Source: Escherichia coli
GTDB lineage: Bacteria > Pseudomonadota > Gammaproteobacteria > Enterobacterales > Enterobacteriaceae
DNA length: 64,000 nucleotides
Assembly (NCBI RefSeq): GCF_041248615.1
Contig: NZ_CP158425.1
Strand: one strand, 5' to 3'
A model generated the notes under the pieces. It did no database searches, had not been told where the DNA came from, and was given only the letters and a program-made list of their open reading frames with translations. How positions within the stretch are numbered: the first letter of the stretch is position 1; every line of letters starts with the position of its first letter. A program made the position numbers and the translations under genes. Positions 1 through 7,842 of the stretch are shown one piece after another.

Positions 1-133
1 GATTGGGTATCGCCGTGCTTCCGATATGTTCAATGGCTACGGCATGAGAACCGAAAAAATGGAGCAATTTTATTTTCTCTTCTTCAAAATTCTTTGTCCA
101 ATCCGGGTTATATTCCATAATTTCAATTTTCAT
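1..133 (-). CDS. GrpB-family protein, N-terminal part only (gene runs off the left window edge)
   Basis: Reverse-strand ATG at 131-133. Translation MKIEIMEYNPDWTKNFEEEKIKLLHFFGSHAVAIEHIGSTAIPN resembles GrpB/UPF0157 N-termini (IEHIGST motif). Absent from the ORF track because it is cut by the window edge. Confidence 0.45.
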   Translation of the reverse strand, partial: MKIEIMEYNPDWTKNFEEEKIKLLHFFGSHAVAIEHIGSTAIPN

Positions 134-170
134 GATAGTTTCGTCCTTGCCTCAAAAACCATGTTTGGTA

Positions 171-1034
171 TTATACTCCATATCTCTCCGGTGCAGGAAT
201 AGCCTTTTCTGATGCACGGCTAACAGCTTCCCATTCTTCCCAGGTAGCCATCCGTGCTTTTAAGGTATCCATCGCCAAATCGTATACCATGCTGCCAAGG
301 ATAAGCCTCAAAGGCGGATTATTGCTGGCTACTAATTTCATAAGGGCTTCCGCTGCCAAGGAAGGATCACTATCGACCGAATCTTCGGAATACTGTTTCG
401 CCAGCTCATCGCGCAGTGTACCGTATGAATCTAATGGATTGCTGTAACTCATCGAAGTGTATAAATCTGTCCAATATCCTCCTGGTTCCACCATAGTGAG
501 TTTCACTCCGAAATGTTCCGCTTCTTTTGCTAAGGCTTCACTCATTCCTTCCAGCGCAAATTTACTTGCACTGTAAATACCAGACATCGGACCCGAGATA
601 ATAGCGCCAATGCTTGTAATCTGTATGATATGTCCAGAACGCTGCGACCTCAAATAGGGCATCACTGCCTGACAAACCCAAAGAGCTCCAAAAAAGTTTG
701 TGTCCATTAGTTTCCGAGCATCGGATTCGTTTAGTTCTTCAATCATACCCATAGTCATGATACCCGCATTATTAACAACAATATCAAGCCTACCGAAATG
801 TTTAACTGCTGTTTCAACCGTAGAAAAAACAGCCTCCCTATCTGTAACATCGAGGTTTAATGGCAGTAAGCTCTCTTGATATGTTTCTTCTAGCTTCGCC
901 AAATTATCGATAGTCCTTGCAACTGCAACAACTTTATCCCCGGCTTTCAAGGCGGCGCATGTAAAAGCATAGCCAAGCCCCTTGCTTGCTCCGGTAATAA
1001 ACCATACTCTTTTATTTTCGCTATTAGGTATCAT
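171..1034 (-). CDS. short-chain dehydrogenase/reductase (SDR) family oxidoreductase
   Basis: 287-aa ORF with Rossmann TGASKGLG (TGxxxGxG), NNAG and catalytic YSASK (YxxxK) motifs. Confidence 0.85.
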   Translation of the reverse strand: MIPNSENKRVWFITGASKGLGYAFTCAALKAGDKVVAVARTIDNLAKLEETYQESLLPLNLDVTDREAVFSTVETAVKHFGRLDIVVNNAGIMTMGMIEELNESDARKLMDTNFFGALWVCQAVMPYLRSQRSGHIIQITSIGAIISGPMSGIYSASKFALEGMSEALAKEAEHFGVKLTMVEPGGYWTDLYTSMSYSNPLDSYGTLRDELAKQYSEDSVDSDPSLAAEALMKLVASNNPPLRLILGSMVYDLAMDTLKARMATWEEWEAVSRASEKAIPAPERYGV

Positions 1035-1179
1035 AGATATTCTCCTTTAGGCTATTATAGAAAGATTATTATAAGCGAAATTAATACCGTTAAACGCCAT
1101 GAGCCCGACAATTTTGAGCACTTTGTTTTGTACTCCCAGAAGCTCACCACTACAAATTATCATCAACCCGGTCCTTTTT

Positions 1180-1439
1180 TCAGTCCACTTGCGGTTTCAT
1201 TGTTACTTTGTCATAGCGTCGTGTCAGAATGCGGCAGAGAACAGCGTTTACTATCAACGCAACACCAGACCAGAAAAACCATGTATTAACACCTATAACC
1301 TCAACAACCGGACCTGCAACAAGTAAGCCTATCGGCATAGAAAGAGTCATGGCGGTCATCAAAAGGGAAAACACCTTGCCCATCATTTCAGGGGCAATGC
1401 TTTCTTGAACATAAGCCATAACAGGAACATTCATAAATG
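1180..1439 (-). pseudogene. C-terminal remnant of an MFS-type efflux transporter, 5' part removed by IS26
   Basis: Hydrophobic TM-rich ORF. Its apparent start codon lies inside the IS26 inverted repeat, so only the part left of 1440 is genuine. Confidence 0.55.
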
Positions 1440-2259
1440 GGCACTGTTGCAAAGTTAGCGATGAGGCAGCCTTTTGTCTTATTCAAAGGCCTTACATTTC
1501 AAAAACTCTGCTTACCAGGCGCATTTCGCCCAGGGGATCACCATAATAAAATGCTGAGGCCTGGCCTTTGCGTAGTGCACGCATCACCTCAATACCTTTG
1601 ATGGTGGCGTAAGCCGTCTTCATGGATTTAAATCCCAGCGTGGCGCCGATTATCCGTTTCAGTTTGCCATGATCGCATTCAATCACGTTGTTCCGGTACT
1701 TAATCTGTCGGTGTTCAACGTCAGACGGGCACCGGCCTTCGCGTTTGAGCAGAGCAAGCGCGCGACCATAGGCGGGCGCTTTATCCGTGTTGATGAATCG
1801 CGGGATCTGCCACTTCTTCACGTTGTTGAGGATTTTACCCAGAAACCGGTATGCAGCTTTGCTGTTACGACGGGAGGAGAGATAAAAATCGACAGTGCGG
1901 CCCCGGCTGTCGACGGCCCGGTACAGATACGCCCAGCGGCCATTGACCTTCACGTAGGTTTCATCCATGTGCCACGGGCAAAGATCGGAAGGGTTACGCC
2001 AGTACCAGCGCAGCCGTTTTTCCATTTCAGGCGCATAACGCTGAACCCAGCGGTAAATCGTGGAGTGATCGACATTCACTCCGCGTTCAGCCAGCATCTC
2101 CTGCAGCTCACGGTAACTGATGCCGTATTTGCAGTACCAGCGTACGGCCCACAGAATGATGTCACGCTGAAAATGCCGGCCTTTGAATGGGTTCATGTGC
2201 AGCTCCATCAGCAAAAGGGGATGATAAGTTTATCACCACCGACTATTTGCAACAGTGCC
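1440..2259 (-). mobile_element. IS26 (820 bp)
   Basis: Terminal repeats GGCACTGTTGCAAA at 1440 and TTTGCAACAGTGCC ending at 2259. The internal ORF is the well-known Tnp26 sequence. Confidence 0.95.
1492..2196 (-). CDS. tnp26: IS26 transposase
   Basis: MNPFKGRHFQRDIILWAVRWYCKYGISYRELQEM... matches Tnp26 from memory. The canonical start is 6 codons inside the tracked ORF. Confidence 0.95.
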   Translation of the reverse strand: MNPFKGRHFQRDIILWAVRWYCKYGISYRELQEMLAERGVNVDHSTIYRWVQRYAPEMEKRLRWYWRNPSDLCPWHMDETYVKVNGRWAYLYRAVDSRGRTVDFYLSSRRNSKAAYRFLGKILNNVKKWQIPRFINTDKAPAYGRALALLKREGRCPSDVEHRQIKYRNNVIECDHGKLKRIIGATLGFKSMKTAYATIKGIEVMRALRKGQASAFYYGDPLGEMRLVSRVFEM

Positions 2260-2605
2260 CCTGCGGGTTCTGACTGGAAAGGGCGCTCAGATCGACACCA
2301 CGACTGCGTCCGGTCGCATGGTGTTCGGAATCTTCGCCACCTTGGCCGAGTTCGAGCGGGATCTGATCCGAGAGCGCACCATGGCGGGTCTCGCCTCCGC
2401 GAGAGCGCGCGGTCGCAAGGGCGGACGAAAATTCGCGCTCACCAAAGCTCAGGTGCGTCTCGCGCAAGCCGCCATGGCCCAGCGCGATACTTCAGTTTCC
2501 GATCTCTGCAAGGAACTCGGCATCGAGCGCGTCACTCTCTACCGATATGTCGGTCCCAAAGGCGAGCTCAGAGACCATGGAAAGCATGTTCTCGGACTTA
2601 CGTAG
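2260..2605 (+). pseudogene. tnpR: 3' 346 bp of Tn5393-type resolvase gene tnpR, truncated by IS26
   Basis: Appears base-for-base identical (by eye) to 11075-11420, the end of the complete tnpR. It starts directly at the IS26 boundary. Confidence 0.9.
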
Positions 2606-2669
2606 TGGACTTGCCTCGGTTTCGTTCCGGTCTTTTTGAGAGCATTATTTGTTATCAAGGAGACCATAT

Positions 2670-2945
2670 ATGTCATTAAAGCATAGTGATGAATTTAAGC
2701 GTGATGCAGTTCGCATAGCACTCACTAGTGGCTTAACACGCCGTCAAGTTGCGTCAGATTTAAGTATTGGGCTTTCCACGCTTGGGAAATGGATCGCATC
2801 AATTTCCGATGAAACTAAAATTCCTACCCAAGACACTGATCTTCTGCGTGAGAATGAACGTTTACGCAAAGAGAACCGTATCCTTCGGGAGGAGAGGGAG
2901 ATATTAAAAAAGGCAGCAATATTTTTCGCAGTACAAAAGCTGTGA
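2670..2945 (+). CDS. IS1133 OrfA (HTH part of IS3-family transposase)
   Basis: ATG preceded by AAGGAG. IS3-type OrfA with a leucine-zipper-like C-terminus; it overlaps OrfB. Confidence 0.8.
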   Translation: MSLKHSDEFKRDAVRIALTSGLTRRQVASDLSIGLSTLGKWIASISDETKIPTQDTDLLRENERLRKENRILREEREILKKAAIFFAVQKL

Positions 2946-3799
2946 GATTTCAGTTTATTACGGATTACCGTGGCTCTCTCTCACGTTCACGCATATGTCG
3001 TTTGATGGGCGTAACAGATCGTGGTTTACGTGCATGGAAACGCCGTCCTCCATCACTGCGCCAGCGTCGTGATCTTATACTTCTAGCGCATATACGTGAG
3101 CAGCATCGGTTGTGTTTGGGGAGCTATGGTAGGCCGCGTATGACAGAAGAGTTGAAAGCGCTGGGCCTGCAGGTTGGGCAGCGTCGGGTTGGACGTTTGA
3201 TGCGCCAGAATAACATTACAGTTGTTCGAACGCGTAAATTCAAACGGACAACGGATAGTCATCATACCTTCAACATTGCACCGAACCTATTAAAACAAGA
3301 CTTTAGCGCAAGCGCACCCAACCAGAAATGGGCAGGCGATATCACTTATGTTTGGACCAGAGAAGGATGGGTCTATCTTGCTGTTATCCTTGACCTGTAT
3401 TCCCGTCGCGTGATTGGCTGGGCAACAGGTGATCGATTAAAGCAGGATCTTGCATTAAGGGCACTGAATATGGCGTTGGCTTTACGCAAACCACCACCGG
3501 GTTGTATTCAACACACAGACCGTGGGAGCCAATATTGCGCTCATGAATATCAAAAGCTACTGCTCAAACATCAATTGCTGCCGTCCATGAGCGGGAAAGG
3601 CAATTGTTTTGATAACTCCGCAGTAGAAAGCTTCTTTAAATCATTAAAGGCTGAGTTGATTTGGCGCAGACACTGGCAAACAAGGCGAGATATTGAGATT
3701 GCAATCTTCGAATATATAAATGGCTTTTATAATCCACGCCGAAGACATTCAACACTCGGCTGGAAATCGCCGGTGGCATTTGAGAAAAAAGCCGCTTAA
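2942..3799 (+). CDS. IS1133 OrfB (DDE catalytic part, normally expressed by frameshift fusion)
   Basis: 285-aa ORF with the IS3-family rve/DDE core (WAGDITYV..., HTDRGSQY...). Confidence 0.85.
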   Translation: MRFQFITDYRGSLSRSRICRLMGVTDRGLRAWKRRPPSLRQRRDLILLAHIREQHRLCLGSYGRPRMTEELKALGLQVGQRRVGRLMRQNNITVVRTRKFKRTTDSHHTFNIAPNLLKQDFSASAPNQKWAGDITYVWTREGWVYLAVILDLYSRRVIGWATGDRLKQDLALRALNMALALRKPPPGCIQHTDRGSQYCAHEYQKLLLKHQLLPSMSGKGNCFDNSAVESFFKSLKAELIWRRHWQTRRDIEIAIFEYINGFYNPRRRHSTLGWKSPVAFEKKAA

Positions 3800-3905
3800 A
3801 ATGAGAGATAGACCGGAACACAACCGGTGCAAGTCCATAGCAACTCGTTTCTTTTCGCAGGTTGAGCCACCTCCGCGCTTCATCAGAAAACTGAAGGAAC
3901 CTCCA

Positions 3906-4709
3906 TTGAATCGAACTAATATTTTTTTTGGTGAATCGCATTCTGACTGGTTGCCTGTCAGAGGCGGAGAATCTGGTGATTTTGTTTTTCGACGTGGTGA
4001 CGGGCATGCCTTCGCGAAAATCGCACCTGCTTCCCGCCGCGGTGAGCTCGCTGGAGAGCGTGACCGCCTCATTTGGCTCAAAGGTCGAGGTGTGGCTTGC
4101 CCCGAGGTCATCAACTGGCAGGAGGAACAGGAGGGTGCATGCTTGGTGATAACGGCAATTCCGGGAGTACCGGCGGCTGATCTGTCTGGAGCGGATTTGC
4201 TCAAAGCGTGGCCGTCAATGGGGCAGCAACTTGGCGCTGTTCACAGCCTATCGGTTGATCAATGTCCGTTTGAGCGCAGGCTGTCGCGAATGTTCGGACG
4301 CGCCGTTGATGTGGTGTCCCGCAATGCCGTCAATCCCGACTTCTTACCGGACGAGGACAAGAGTACGCCGCAGCTCGATCTTTTGGCTCGTGTCGAACGA
4401 GAGCTACCGGTGCGGCTCGACCAAGAGCGCACCGATATGGTTGTTTGCCATGGTGATCCCTGCATGCCGAACTTCATGGTGGACCCTAAAACTCTTCAAT
4501 GCACGGGTCTGATCGACCTTGGGCGGCTCGGAACAGCAGATCGCTATGCCGATTTGGCACTCATGATTGCTAACGCCGAAGAGAACTGGGCAGCGCCAGA
4601 TGAAGCAGAGCGCGCCTTCGCTGTCCTATTCAATGTATTGGGGATCGAAGCCCCCGACCGCGAACGCCTTGCCTTCTATCTGCGATTGGACCCTCTGACT
4701 TGGGGTTGA
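3906..4709 (+). CDS. strA: aminoglycoside 3''-phosphotransferase APH(3'')-Ib
   Basis: (L/M)NRTNIFFGESHSDWLPVRGGESGDFVFRRG... is the strA product. The TTG start at 3906 gives 267 aa. The tracked 329-aa ORF is an upstream run-on across the IS1133 junction. Confidence 0.95.
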   Translation: MNRTNIFFGESHSDWLPVRGGESGDFVFRRGDGHAFAKIAPASRRGELAGERDRLIWLKGRGVACPEVINWQEEQEGACLVITAIPGVPAADLSGADLLKAWPSMGQQLGAVHSLSVDQCPFERRLSRMFGRAVDVVSRNAVNPDFLPDEDKSTPQLDLLARVERELPVRLDQERTDMVVCHGDPCMPNFMVDPKTLQCTGLIDLGRLGTADRYADLALMIANAEENWAAPDEAERAFAVLFNVLGIEAPDRERLAFYLRLDPLTWG

Positions 4710-5545
4710 TGTTCATGCCGCCTGTTTTTCCTGCTCATTGGCACGTTTCGCAACCTGTTCTCATTGCGGACACCTTTTCCAGCCTCGTTTGGAAAGTTTC
4801 ATTGCCAGACGGGACTCCTGCAATCGTCAAGGGATTGAAACCTATAGAAGACATTGCTGATGAACTGCGCGGGGCCGACTATCTGGTATGGCGCAATGGG
4901 AGGGGAGCAGTCCGGTTGCTCGGTCGTGAGAACAATCTGATGTTGCTCGAATATGCCGGGGAGCGAATGCTCTCTCACATCGTTGCCGAGCACGGCGACT
5001 ACCAGGCGACCGAAATTGCAGCGGAACTAATGGCGAAGCTGTATGCCGCATCTGAGGAACCCCTGCCTTCTGCCCTTCTCCCGATCCGGGATCGCTTTGC
5101 AGCTTTGTTTCAGCGGGCGCGCGATGATCAAAACGCAGGTTGTCAAACTGACTACGTCCACGCGGCGATTATAGCCGATCAAATGATGAGCAATGCCTCG
5201 GAACTGCGTGGGCTACATGGCGATCTGCATCATGAAAACATCATGTTCTCCAGTCGCGGCTGGCTGGTGATAGATCCCGTCGGTCTGGTCGGTGAAGTGG
5301 GCTTTGGCGCCGCCAATATGTTCTACGATCCGGCTGACAGAGACGACCTTTGTCTCGATCCTAGACGCATTGCACAGATGGCGGACGCATTCTCTCGTGC
5401 GCTGGACGTCGATCCGCGTCGCCTGCTCGACCAGGCGTACGCTTATGGGTGCCTTTCCGCAGCTTGGAACGCGGATGGAGAAGAGGAGCAACGCGATCTA
5501 GCTATCGCGGCCGCGATCAAGCAGGTGCGACAGACGTCATACTAG
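4709..5545 (+). CDS. strB: aminoglycoside 6-phosphotransferase APH(6)-Id
   Basis: MFMPPVFPAHWHVSQPVLIADTFSSLVWKV... (278 aa). Its ATG overlaps the strA TGA by 1 nt, as in Tn5393. Confidence 0.95.
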   Translation: MFMPPVFPAHWHVSQPVLIADTFSSLVWKVSLPDGTPAIVKGLKPIEDIADELRGADYLVWRNGRGAVRLLGRENNLMLLEYAGERMLSHIVAEHGDYQATEIAAELMAKLYAASEEPLPSALLPIRDRFAALFQRARDDQNAGCQTDYVHAAIIADQMMSNASELRGLHGDLHHENIMFSSRGWLVIDPVGLVGEVGFGAANMFYDPADRDDLCLDPRRIAQMADAFSRALDVDPRRLLDQAYAYGCLSAAWNADGEEEQRDLAIAAAIKQVRQTSY

Positions 5546-5570
5546 ATATCAAGCGACTTCTCCTATCCCC

Positions 5571-5651
5571 TGGGAACACATCAATCTTACCGGAGAATAT
5601 CGTTGGCCAAAGCCTTAGCGTAGGATTTCGCCCTCTCCCGCAAACGACCCC
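5571..5651. repeat. Tn5393 terminal inverted repeat, strB side (about 81 bp)
   Basis: Ends ...CCCGCAAACGACCCC at 5651. It is the reverse complement of the repeat at 7762-7842, with a few mismatches. Confidence 0.8.
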
Positions 5652-5776
5652 TTTATTGTAGGTGGGCCAGTTGGTGATTTTGAACTTTTGCTTTGCCACG
5701 GAACGGTCTGCGTTGTCGGGAAGATGCGTGATCTGATCCTTCAACTCAGCAAAAGTTCGATTTATTCAACAAATCC
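5652..5776 (-). mobile_element. about 125-bp end remnant of an IS903-like element (Tn903-type aphA1 context), cut by the Tn5393 end
   Basis: The reverse complement reads GGATTTGTTGAATAAATCGAACTTTTGCTGAGTTGAAGGATCAG..., the IS903 terminus as I remember it (one mismatch in the IR). Confidence 0.6.
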
Positions 5777-5880
5777 ACGTTGTGTCTCAAAATCTCTGAT
5801 GTTACATTGCACAAGATAAAAATATATCATCATGAACAATAAAACTGTCTGCTTACATAAACAGTAATACAAGGGGTGTT

Positions 5881-6696
5881 ATGAGCCATATTCAACGGGA
5901 AACGTCTTGCTCGAGGCCGCGATTAAATTCCAACCTGGATGCTGATTTATATGGGTATAAATGGGCTCGCGATAATGTCGGGCAATCAGGTGCGACAATC
6001 TATCGATTGTATGGGAAGCCCGATGCGCCAGAGTTGTTTCTGAAACATGGCAAAGGTAGCGTTGCCAATGATGTTACAGATGAGATGGTCAGACTAAACT
6101 GGCTGACGGCATTTATGCCTCTTCCGACCATCAAGCATTTTATCCGTACTCCTGATGATGCATGGTTACTCACCACTGCGCTCCCCGGGAAAACAGCATT
6201 CCAGGTATTAGAAGAATATCCTGATTCAGGTGAAAATATTGTTGATGCGCTGGCAGCGTTCCTGCGCCGGTTGCATTCGATTCCTGTTAGTAATTGTCCT
6301 TTTAACAGCGATCGCGTATTTCGTCTCGCTCAGGCGCAATCACGAATGAATAACGGTTTGGTTGATGCGAGTGATTTTGATGACGAGCGTAATGGCTGGC
6401 CTGTTGAACAAGTCTGGAAAGAAATGCATAAGCTTTTGCCATTCTCACCGGATTCAGTCGTCACTCATGGTGATTTCTCACTTGATAACCTTATTTTTGA
6501 CGAGGGGAAATTAATAGGTTGTATTGATGTTGGACGAGTCGGAATCGCAGACCGATACCAGGATCTTGCCATCCTATGGAACTGCCTCGGTGAATTTTCT
6601 CCTTCATTACAGAAACGGCTTTTTCAAAAATATGGTATTGATAATCCTGATATGAATAAATTGCAGTTTCATTTGATGCTCGATGAGTTTTTCTGA
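5881..6696 (+). CDS. aphA1: aminoglycoside 3'-phosphotransferase APH(3')-I (kanamycin/neomycin resistance)
   Basis: MSHIQRETSCSRPRLNSN...HLMLDEFF is near-identical to Tn903 APH(3')-Ia from memory. The Tn903-type promoter/leader lies upstream. Confidence 0.95.
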   Translation: MSHIQRETSCSRPRLNSNLDADLYGYKWARDNVGQSGATIYRLYGKPDAPELFLKHGKGSVANDVTDEMVRLNWLTAFMPLPTIKHFIRTPDDAWLLTTALPGKTAFQVLEEYPDSGENIVDALAAFLRRLHSIPVSNCPFNSDRVFRLAQAQSRMNNGLVDASDFDDERNGWPVEQVWKEMHKLLPFSPDSVVTHGDFSLDNLIFDEGKLIGCIDVGRVGIADRYQDLAILWNCLGEFSPSLQKRLFQKYGIDNPDMNKLQFHLMLDEFF

Positions 6697-6849
6697 TAGT
6701 TAGTCTTTGTAGAGACACAAACCTGAAATTCCGGACACCGCGCTTCAGGACATCTCCCTGGACGCCGATATCTGGCAGTATCCGGACGGTACTATCGAAC
6801 GCCGGGCCAACGGTACTCCCCTGCCCTTTATGACTGACGACCGGCTATT

Positions 6850-7761
6850 TCACCCACGCACTTCTCCATGAAATTTAGCATCGTCGCGGTTAATGTCGAA
6901 AATTTGCCACCTGACGTGGTTGGCATCGAGGGTGAAAACTGCCGTGGCGAGGGTGTTCTCCTCATCCGGATCGTCGGCAGCCAGCCGGTAAATTGGCAGT
7001 TCTGCGTCATGGGTATCTGAGAGAATGGTTTTTGCCGCCGCGGCGTCAAACGGAGGTTGCGTTTCCCGCCACTGCACGAGGCGTAACTGCCGCGACGCTG
7101 AACTGTCGGTAACGATCTGCTCAACGCCAGCCAGTGCCGCATGCACCAGATGGTTGGCATGCCCGGTTACCGTCGTCAGGGGTAGAACGGAACAGCCTTG
7201 ACCGGTGGCCTCAACGCTGAACAGCCGCGCATCGCCCAGCTGCCCGAGCGTATGGTGAAACGCCCCGGATCGCGGCTGGCCGGTAAGTATAGTGATGGCC
7301 TCGTCGAGGGTGTTCGCATTCAGCGAGGCGCGAGCCAGGATCTGACGCGGTAATCCCTGCGGACGATACACTGCACGGATGTTATTCACCGTGTTAACGA
7401 TACCTTTTTCATTTACCGCAAAGGTGTGGCCGCAAATCGACCCCGGATAGGCAAAACTCGTAAAGCTCAGACCGCGACTCGGAGTAATGGTAGCCAGCAA
7501 GCATTCATCCCGTAACTGAGGAAAACCGTCTTCATTATGCGCGATAATCCGCTCGCCTGCGGCGTTTACCCCGGCCACCGTCGTACAGCCATCCGACGTT
7601 GAGCGCACCAGATCGCCACGGCAGTTCCAGGCAAAGACCTGATCAACAGTGGCCTCCAGTCCCTGCGCCAGCCCCTCCAGCTCCTGCCAGATGTGCGGAT
7701 AATGCCGCTGCACCTCGGCGCGCATTAACCGGGTCTCAGGGGATGCCTGCAGGGTCATCAC
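6850..7761 (-). CDS. peptidase C45 / acyl-CoA:6-aminopenicillanic-acid acyltransferase-like protein, 5' end probably truncated by the Tn5393-type end
   Basis: 303-aa ORF with an Ntn-hydrolase-like GCTT nucleophile motif (STSDGCTTVAG). Its GTG/ATG start directly abuts the transposon IR at 7762. Confidence 0.5.
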   Translation of the reverse strand: MMTLQASPETRLMRAEVQRHYPHIWQELEGLAQGLEATVDQVFAWNCRGDLVRSTSDGCTTVAGVNAAGERIIAHNEDGFPQLRDECLLATITPSRGLSFTSFAYPGSICGHTFAVNEKGIVNTVNNIRAVYRPQGLPRQILARASLNANTLDEAITILTGQPRSGAFHHTLGQLGDARLFSVEATGQGCSVLPLTTVTGHANHLVHAALAGVEQIVTDSSASRQLRLVQWRETQPPFDAAAAKTILSDTHDAELPIYRLAADDPDEENTLATAVFTLDANHVRWQIFDINRDDAKFHGEVRG

Positions 7762-7842
7762 GGGGTCGTTTGCGGGAGGGGGCGGAATCCTACGCTAAGG
7801 CTTTGGCCAGCGATATTCTCCGGTGAGATTGATGTGTTCCCA
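7762..7842. repeat. Tn5393-type terminal inverted repeat, tnpA side
   Basis: GGGGTCGTTTGCGGGAGGGGGCGGAATCCTACGCTAAGGCTTTGGCC... is the inverted match of 5571-5651. Confidence 0.8.

Larger units (their letters stand above)
2606..3837 (+). mobile_element. IS1133 (IS3 family, 1232 bp) in its Tn5393 position between tnpR and strA
   Basis: Ends TGGACTTGCC... and ...GCAAGTCCA, flanked by a 3-bp duplication TAG (2603-2605 and 3838-3840). The sequence downstream of it (3841-3870) equals 11421-11450, the uninterrupted copy. Confidence 0.85.

Noticed and set aside
1669-2679. 336-aa ORF on the plus strand spanning IS26 and the tnpR fragment
   Set aside because: It is antisense to the well-known Tnp26 gene and crosses the IS26 boundary. 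It is an Arg/Pro/Ala-rich shadow frame.
3720-4709. 329-aa ORF suggesting a longer StrA
   Set aside because: The upstream 62 codons run across the IS1133 end and target duplication. The established strA start (TTG at 3906) gives the 267-aa protein.
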